Below are positions 57,990 to 64,000 of a stretch of DNA of 64,000 nt, piece after piece. Below the pieces are notes generated by a model, which saw only the letters and a list, made by a program, of their open reading frames with translations, did not search any database and had not been told where the DNA came from. Position numbers and translations under genes: made by a program. The stretch is taken from contig OZ219787.1 of assembly GCA_964291285.2 (NCBI GenBank), forward strand, positions 1,472,001-1,536,000. Reading direction: 5' to 3'. The number at the start of each line of letters is the position of its first letter. Position 1 is the first letter of the stretch. The DNA comes from Alphaproteobacteria bacterium. Lineage in GTDB: Bacteria > Pseudomonadota > Alphaproteobacteria > Bin95.

Positions 57990-58018
57990 GTAAGCGGTGC
58001 GGGGGAGGCACCCGGCTT

Positions 58019-59638
58019 TCAGCTTGACGGCGTCTGGAAGTTCCAGGGCAGGAGTTCGTCGATGCGGCTGTTGGGATGACCTGCCGCGATCTTTTCGAGC
58101 GTGATCTTGAGCCAGGCGTAGGGCTCGACACCGTTCATCTTCGCCGTCTCGATGAGCGAGCCGATGCGGCCCCAGGAGCGCGCGCCCTCGTCGTGGCCGG
58201 CGAACAACGCATTTTTCGCGGTGAGCTTGATCGGCCGGATCCGATTTTCGACGAAGTTGCTGTCCATCTCGACGCGCCCGTCGTGCAGGAAGACCAGCAG
58301 CCCGTCCCACTGGTTGGCGATGTAGGTCAACTTCTCGCCGAGGCGGGACTTGGGCGAGACGCGCGAGCGCTGCTCGTCGAGCCACACCCCGAAGGCGTTC
58401 ACCAGCGGCGCGGACCCGGTCCAGCGGACGAACTGGCGCGTCGCCGGCTCCTCACCCCGGATCCTGTCCTCGATCCTGTAGAGCTGCGCGATGCGCTCCA
58501 GTCCGGCCTTCGCGATCGGCGAGCGGCTGCTGTCGAACACCGTCTCAAGGCCGCGCCTGGCGTGTGCCCAACAGGCACAGAGCGTCAGCGCCCCGCCCGG
58601 GCGATCCGCCCGGCCGAGCCGGTTGTGGCCGGCATAGCCGTCGACCTGCACCGATCCCTGGAAGCCCTCGAGGAGCTTCTCGCCATGCTTGCCGCTGCGC
58701 CCGGGCGCATACTCATACGCCACCCCCGGCGGGTCCGCCCCGGACCAGGCCCGCTGGTCGCGCACCATGGTCCACAGATAGCCGGTTTTGGTCTTGCCCC
58801 GGCCCGGGTCGAGAACCCGAACCGTGGTTTCGTCCAGACCCAGGGTGCTCGACGTCTTCAGCGCCGTCTTCAGGCGCTCATACACGGGGCGCAAGTGGAA
58901 CGCCGCCTTGCCGACCCAGCCGGCCAGCGTCGAGCGGTCCAGTTGCAGCCCCGAGCGGGCATAGATCCGGGCCTGGCGGTACAGCGGAAGGTGGTCGGCA
59001 TATTTGGAGATCAGGACATGGGCGATGGCGCCTTCGGTCGGCAGCCCACCCTCGATCAGCCGCGCCGGCGCCGGCGCCTGGGTAACGCCTTCCTCGCACT
59101 TGCGGCAGGCGTATTTCGGGCGCACCGTGACGATCACCCGCAACTGCGCCGGCACGATGTCGAGCCTCTCGGCGCGGTCCTCGCCGATCTTCACCATCTC
59201 CCCGCAGCCGCAGGGGCACAGCGTGCTCTCCGGCTCGATCACCTGCTCGATCCGTTCCAGGTGCTCCGGCAAATGGCCGAGATTGCGCTCCGGGCGGGGC
59301 TTCCTCGGTGCGCGCGGCGGCGACGGATTGTCGGCCGCGGCCTGTGCTTCCCCCTCCGCAGACGCGCCCTCCAGCTCCTCGAACGCCAGCTGGCGCTCGT
59401 CCGCCGACAGCTTCTCCGACCTCTTGCCATACACAAGGCGGACCAGTTCGAGGTTCAGATGCTCCAGACGGCGGATGCGCGCCGACAGCGCCTCATTCTC
59501 ACCCGCGAGGCAGACCTTCTCTTCCGTCAGCGTCCTGTTCTCGGTGCGAAGCGTCTCCAGCGCCGCAAGCGCCTGCCTCGCAGCAGACGCCTGTTCGGGC
59601 GTCAGCGTGTCGAGGTCCATCTCCGCAAGCGCTGCCAT
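58019..59638 (-). CDS. tnpC: IS66 transposase
   Basis: YGKRSEK, CPCGC, KYADHLPLYRQ, DET, DGY, CWAHARR and ENRIRP. Confidence 0.95.
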   Translation of the reverse strand: MAALAEMDLDTLTPEQASAARQALAALETLRTENRTLTEEKVCLAGENEALSARIRRLEHLNLELVRLVYGKRSEKLSADERQLAFEELEGASAEGEAQAAADNPSPPRAPRKPRPERNLGHLPEHLERIEQVIEPESTLCPCGCGEMVKIGEDRAERLDIVPAQLRVIVTVRPKYACRKCEEGVTQAPAPARLIEGGLPTEGAIAHVLISKYADHLPLYRQARIYARSGLQLDRSTLAGWVGKAAFHLRPVYERLKTALKTSSTLGLDETTVRVLDPGRGKTKTGYLWTMVRDQRAWSGADPPGVAYEYAPGRSGKHGEKLLEGFQGSVQVDGYAGHNRLGRADRPGGALTLCACWAHARRGLETVFDSSRSPIAKAGLERIAQLYRIEDRIRGEEPATRQFVRWTGSAPLVNAFGVWLDEQRSRVSPKSRLGEKLTYIANQWDGLLVFLHDGRVEMDSNFVENRIRPIKLTAKNALFAGHDEGARSWGRIGSLIETAKMNGVEPYAWLKITLEKIAAGHPNSRIDELLPWNFQTPSS

Positions 59639-59689
59639 GGCCCGCTCGATAGCACAGTGTCGGGGAGCCGGGGGCCCCGATCCGCTGAG

Positions 59690-60043
59690 TCATTCCGCCT
59701 CAGCCGGGGCCCGGACGGACAGCGCCCGAACACGACGCCAGTCCAGCCCGCAGAACAGCGCCTCGAACTGTGCATGGTTCAGCGTCATGACACCGTCGCG
59801 GATCGCAGGCCACACGAAGCCCTGATCCTCCAGACGCTTGTAGACCATCACCAACCCGGTCCCGTCATGGAAGACGAGCTTCAGCCTGTCGCTTCGTTTT
59901 GCCCTGAAGAGGAAGACCGTTCCCGTGAACGGGTCCTTGCGCAACACGCTCTTCACATGCGCAACAAGGCCGTCGTGCTGCTTCCTGAAGTCCACGGGCT
60001 TCGTCGCAACGACGATCCGCACACGGTTCGATGGGAAGATCAT
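59690..60043 (-). CDS. tnpB: IS66 accessory protein
   Basis: PVDFRK..DGL, DPF.G..F.FR and KRLE...F.WP. Confidence 0.95.
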   Translation of the reverse strand: MIFPSNRVRIVVATKPVDFRKQHDGLVAHVKSVLRKDPFTGTVFLFRAKRSDRLKLVFHDGTGLVMVYKRLEDQGFVWPAIRDGVMTLNHAQFEALFCGLDWRRVRALSVRAPAEAE

Positions 60044-60438
60044 GACGCCGCGTTCAGCGCAGAAACGATCTCCGCCAACCGTCCCGCCGGCACGGCCGCG
60101 TCCAGACGGACCGTAACCCTGTCCATAACGACTTCCAGACGCGCGCCGCTCGCCTCACCGACACCGCTACCCTCCGCCCGGACAACCAGCGGCGCAAACG
60201 CCACTTCCGCCGCAGGCAAAACAAGCCGACCTTCCCGCGCCAGGCGACGCCAGCCCGTCAACTGGTTCGCATGGACGCCATGTCTGCGCGCAACCTCGCG
60301 AACCGTCGCACCCGGCTCCAGCGTCTCCGCCACAATCCGCGCCTTCAAATCATCCGGCCAGCGACGACAACCGCCTCCAACCGGAAGCACTTCTACGCTC
60401 CTGAGTGTCTCAACTGAGCCCAACATTGTGAAACTCAC
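60040..60438 (-). CDS. tnpA: IS66 HTH protein
   Basis: RRWPDDLKARIVAETL.PG..V..VARRHG...NQL..WRR. Confidence 0.9.
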   Translation of the reverse strand: MSFTMLGSVETLRSVEVLPVGGGCRRWPDDLKARIVAETLEPGATVREVARRHGVHANQLTGWRRLAREGRLVLPAAEVAFAPLVVRAEGSGVGEASGARLEVVMDRVTVRLDAAVPAGRLAEIVSALNAAS

Positions 60439-61097
60439 CTCCTGCTCAAATCACAGAAGGGGAATCCCAAATCACGCCTTCAACTGGAAGGTGGCTCAGC
60501 CGCCCCGCTTACCATTCAAACAGGTGAACCGTGAGGACATTGGGGCACTGCCAATCACGGTTCCGTCCCTCCACGAGCAACGACGGATTGCGGAATTCCT
60601 GGACAAGGCGGACGCGCTACGGGTCAAACGCCAGGCCGCGCTCGTCCAACTCGACACGCTCACGCAGTCCATCTTCATCGACATGTTCGGAGACCCTGCC
60701 AGCAATACAAAGAGGTGGCCTGTCGCGTTGCTGAGAGAAGCCACCGCGCGGATTCAGATCGGCCCCTTTGGATCGCTCTTGCACCAACAGGACTACGTGA
60801 AGGGAGGGATCCCCCTTGTAAACCCCAAACACATTCAACAACGGGCAATCCAGCCTGACCCTTCGGAGACGCTCAGCGCTCGGAAATTTGCTGAACTCGA
60901 CACCTATCATTTGCGGGCCGGTGACGTGGTAATGGGACGCCGAGGTGAAATGGGGCGCTGCGCAATTGTCAACGAGGGCAGCGGCCCGCTGTTGTGTGGT
61001 ACAGGATCGCTGTTCGTTCGACCGGACAATGAACACACCACAAGCCTCTTTCTGCTTTTTCTTCTTTCGAGTGTGGCACTAAGCTCGACTTTGTGCA

Positions 61098-62480
61098 TTA
61101 TGCTGCGAAGCAGAGGGCGTACTGCATCCGCCTTATCTTGTCGGGCGGAATTATGTTTGGTTCCCGGTGTGGCGGGGAGCGCGATAAATTGTTTCCAAGC
61201 CAGAGTTGGCATCGTATGGCCGCGATTGCATCGGAGAATGTGACGCTGGTTTTCTGGTACCAGGCGGCGGCGTAGGACAGGTGGTTTGTCGAGAGCACGT
61301 CTGTGGCCCAGAGGCAGACGAGGCTGTAGAGCCCGCAGAGGACGGGGGTGGTTCGTGCGATCGCCGCGTGTGACCACTGGCGTTGTGTTTCGAGCCCGAG
61401 ATGGGCGCGCAGTTCCTGGAAGGTGACCTCGACCTGCCAGCGCCGCACGAAGGTGGCGATGATCTTGGCCGGCTCCATGTTGGTGTCGGTGCAGAAGAAC
61501 GCCTGCGGGTCCCGCTCGCCTTCCGGGTCTCGCACCAGCACCCATCGGATGGCCTTGGGAGGTGTGCCGGGACGATACCAGAGCGCGGTATCGGAGATGA
61601 TCTGGAGTGTCTTTTCCTTCGAACTTCCGTACCAGCGCGGAAGCGTGATGCTTGTCCAGCGGGCATCGGGGTCGTCAAGGCGGGTCTGGAGCTTGGGCAG
61701 GGGCGGCCCCTTTTGCCGGGGTCGACCGCGTTTGTTCGGGTCGCGCGGCGGCGGGGGCGCGAAGAGGTTGGCATCGAGCCTCAGCCTGCTGATGAGGGTT
61801 GCGCGCTGTCCGATGCGCCAGGCGAGTTCGTGGGTTCCGAAACTGCTGTCGGCGACGAAGACGATCGCGCGTTGCGGGACCCAGCGAAGGATTTGAAGCA
61901 TGCCCTGTCGCGCCCAGTCGGTGAGTTGCTTGTGACGCCGGCCTTGCCTGGCGGCGAAGCGTTCGGACGGGGCCAGGATGGTCAGGAAGGGCAGGGCCCT
62001 GATGCCCGGCGACCAGGGCAGCGGGACAAGCAGCATGAAGCTGAGCCAGCGCAGCCCGCTGGTCTTGACGAAATGGCCATGGCTGGAACGCACCGGGTCG
62101 CGATAGATGCCGCGCGCCTTGATACGCGCGCCCCAGCGGCGCTCGATGGTGTCATCGAGCCCGATGATGATCGGTCCCTGCCCGGCAAGCCGCGCCACCA
62201 GCACGAGCACGAGCCGGCGTGAAAGGTCACGCGGGTCCCAGCGGGCGCGATTGAGAACCTGATGGTAGGACGAGAATGTCTCGCACATCGCCCGCCCGGT
62301 CACCCGCAGGCAGGCCGACACGGTTCTCTTGCCCGGCGCCAGCAACGCTCCCATGACCAGAACCGCCACCAGCCGCCAGGTCGGGGATGAGAAGGCGCCT
62401 CGAAAGGGCTCCAGCCAGTCGATCAGGAACGGCGGAACCGGATCGCCGATGGCGCTCGAAGGGTCGTCGAAATGTGTCAT
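61098..62480 (-). CDS. IS701-family transposase
   Basis: IGLDDT..RRWG, YRDPVRSS, VADSSF and RRWQVEVTF.E.RAHLG. Confidence 0.9.
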   Translation of the reverse strand: MTHFDDPSSAIGDPVPPFLIDWLEPFRGAFSSPTWRLVAVLVMGALLAPGKRTVSACLRVTGRAMCETFSSYHQVLNRARWDPRDLSRRLVLVLVARLAGQGPIIIGLDDTIERRWGARIKARGIYRDPVRSSHGHFVKTSGLRWLSFMLLVPLPWSPGIRALPFLTILAPSERFAARQGRRHKQLTDWARQGMLQILRWVPQRAIVFVADSSFGTHELAWRIGQRATLISRLRLDANLFAPPPPRDPNKRGRPRQKGPPLPKLQTRLDDPDARWTSITLPRWYGSSKEKTLQIISDTALWYRPGTPPKAIRWVLVRDPEGERDPQAFFCTDTNMEPAKIIATFVRRWQVEVTFQELRAHLGLETQRQWSHAAIARTTPVLCGLYSLVCLWATDVLSTNHLSYAAAWYQKTSVTFSDAIAAIRCQLWLGNNLSRSPPHREPNIIPPDKIRRMQYALCFAA

Positions 62481-62589
62481 GACGACCTTCGAATCCAGAA
62501 GCATCCGGCATGCAAGGGCGCCCGCATGCGACCGGGTGAATCAGCATCGCTGCAGCGACAGAAGCCATCCAATCCGATATCACTGCTTC

Positions 62590-62877
62590 ATGGCCGCATC
62601 CGACCCCTGTCTGGCGCGCATCGAAGCGTTCAACAAATCCAGGGGCGGGGGCGTGACGGTCACCAGGGTGCGCGGCGGCTACAATCTGTATCTCACGGCC
62701 ACGCAGGCACCGATCGCAAGGCTCCAGCCGAAAGGCTCAGGTGACAAGATGAGGGTGCGCTACTGGTCCTGGCGCCAGTCCTGGCAGGACGTCGGAGACA
62801 TGGGGGGCATCGTGCTCCCGCTCGAACAGGCCCTCGACGAAATCGCCAAAAACGAGATCTTCTGGACATGGACGTGA
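62590..62877 (+). CDS. Small passenger protein (DUF3024-like, tentative)
   Basis: 95 aa, divergent from the transposase and inside the IRs; PIARL...YW...W...ALDEI....IFW. Confidence 0.6.
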   Translation: MAASDPCLARIEAFNKSRGGGVTVTRVRGGYNLYLTATQAPIARLQPKGSGDKMRVRYWSWRQSWQDVGDMGGIVLPLEQALDEIAKNEIFWTWT

Positions 62878-63128
62878 GGTAATTTTGTACAAAGTCGAGC
62901 TAAGAGCACGGTTAGAGCGCTTGTCGCTGGGACAGACCCTCCCAAATGTCAACTCTCAGATTGTCGAAAGCCTCGAAGTTCCCTTGCCACCCCTTGCTTT
63001 GCAACTTGAGTTCGCCGAACGAGTCGAGGGTGTGCACCGGCTCGCCAATGCGCAAACACAAGCCGCCAATCAACTGAGCTCGTTGTTCGCGTCCCTTCAA
63101 CAGCGTGCCTTCCGAGGAGAGCTGTAGC

Positions 63129-63977
63129 ATGCGCAGCGACTTCGTCGGCGTGTGGTCGGAATTGTTGCGGGAGGTCTGGCTTCCGCTGATCGATGAGCCG
63201 CTGCGAGAAGGCGAGGACGACGTTCCGCAGGACATCTTCTGCGAGCTGTACCGGGAGGTCGCCAGTGCGCTGAAGGATCAGCCATCGATCGAAGCGCTGG
63301 CCGACGTCATCGATGACCCGGTTCAAAGCCGGGAGGCATTCGAAAAGACGACCAGGGCCGACCTCGTAGGCGAAGGAGCGGTGGTGACGTTCCTGGAGGC
63401 GGTACACCCGGTACTCGATGACTTGCGCGGCGACGAGCTCTCGAACCGCTACTTCAACCTGTTATCTGGCTTCATCGACAAGTTCAATCTCCGCTACGAT
63501 CTGCGACGTCCCTGCATTCTGTGCCCGACTTTGCCCGGAGTATTTGCAAGCCTCGTAAATGATTTGAGGGCTCTTACCAACCAGGACCCTCACCTCGACG
63601 CGCTTATGAAGGAGTTCGAGGAGTCAGTCCGGGACCTGCGCATTGATTGCTCGGACCGACGAATAAAGACCGTCATCCAGAAGCAAGTGAACCTTCTTGA
63701 GGCGATCGGTGGTGCGGCGCCGGCCGTCACCGGAAACACGCTGGGTGTGATTTGCGATCAGGTCGGTACGTGGCCGCACGAGAAGCTCAAGGAGGCGATG
63801 AAGAACCTGTACGGCTTCGCTTCGGACTACCCAGGTATTCGCCACGGTGGGACACCCGAATCCGCGCTGCGTGCTGTAGACATGCGCGACATGGTGGCAA
63901 TGTCGGTCCTGCTTGCTGGCTTTACGCCATATCTTGCCCACGGGCTCGACGCCGATGTCGTGTATCGGGGGGCATGA
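63129..63977 (+). CDS. AbiJ-like / HEPN-like protein inserted in the type I RM operon
   Basis: Starts 1 nt after the hsdS stop; C-terminal LYGFASDYPGIRHG. Confidence 0.65.
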   Translation: MRSDFVGVWSELLREVWLPLIDEPLREGEDDVPQDIFCELYREVASALKDQPSIEALADVIDDPVQSREAFEKTTRADLVGEGAVVTFLEAVHPVLDDLRGDELSNRYFNLLSGFIDKFNLRYDLRRPCILCPTLPGVFASLVNDLRALTNQDPHLDALMKEFEESVRDLRIDCSDRRIKTVIQKQVNLLEAIGGAAPAVTGNTLGVICDQVGTWPHEKLKEAMKNLYGFASDYPGIRHGGTPESALRAVDMRDMVAMSVLLAGFTPYLAHGLDADVVYRGA

Positions 63978-63978
63978 G

Positions 63979-64000
63979 ATGAGCCAGTTCGCGTTCCTCC
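63979..64000 (+). CDS. hsdR: Probable start of type I restriction subunit (partial)
   Basis: MSQFAFL resembles common HsdR N-termini and fits the operon position; only 7 codons are visible. Confidence 0.5.

Larger units (their letters stand above)
57990..60512 (-). mobile_element. IS66-family insertion sequence (no TSD)
   Basis: GTAAGCGG ... CCGCTTAC ends with tnpABC inside; flanks ATTACATC and CATTCAAA do not match. Confidence 0.92.
61084..62899 (-). mobile_element. IS701-family insertion sequence with a passenger ORF
   Basis: IRs CTCGACTTTGT(G/A)CA; CTAAG duplicated at 61079-61083 and 62900-62904 (can also be read as a TAA TSD with IRs 1 nt longer). Confidence 0.88.
60513..63127 (+). pseudogene. 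hsdS: Type I RM specificity subunit, 5'-truncated at IS66 and split by IS701
   Basis: VPSLHEQRRIA..LDKA, F..MFGDP, IGPFGS; after the IS, VPLPPLALQLEF...SLQQRAFRGEL. Rejoins as SSVAL-RARLE. Confidence 0.9.
6470..64000. mobile_element. Large genomic island / ICE-like integrative element (right end not in window, att sites not identified)
   Basis: Abrupt switch from metabolic genes to four integrases, ICE backbone genes, at least seven IS families and defence cargo. The left boundary is approximate. Confidence 0.8.

Overview
GC-rich bacterial DNA, probably alphaproteobacterial (inferred from the gene families). About 1-6300 is ordinary chromosomal metabolism: FAD oxidoreductase, CBS protein, Usp, Zn-alcohol dehydrogenase, alpha-hydroxy-acid oxidase, PhyH dioxygenase and ABM monooxygenase. 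From ~6470 to the window end is one large, IS-riddled genomic island. It has two tandem pairs of Arm-domain tyrosine integrases (6770-9191 and 39551-46081) bracketing a co-oriented ICE-like backbone: MoxR-vWA module, ParB, GHKL ATPase, RadC, methylase-Strawberry-notch helicase, SLOG proteins, SSB and Toprim. No relaxase or T4SS is visible. Defence cargo follows: a non-canonical DNA phosphorothioation cluster (dndC, small gene, dndD, DndE-HerA-type ATPase fusion, GIY-YIG, DGQHR/DndB) and a broken type I RM locus with an inserted AbiJ/HEPN-like gene. ISAs1, IS1380, IS21, ISKra4-like and IS701 insertions were delimited with IRs and TSDs; IS66 has IRs but no TSD. The most notable signals outside the gene calls are (i) nine copies of a 24-42 bp (A)GCCTGCCCC-hairpin-GGG element, all inside coding sequences, (ii) a 28-32-28 repeat-spacer-repeat scar resembling off-target Cas1-Cas2 integration, (iii) a cluster of GCGAAGC mini-hairpins, and (iv) orphan IS21 and IS1380 ends. 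Family assignments come from motif recognition by eye; no database searches were run.
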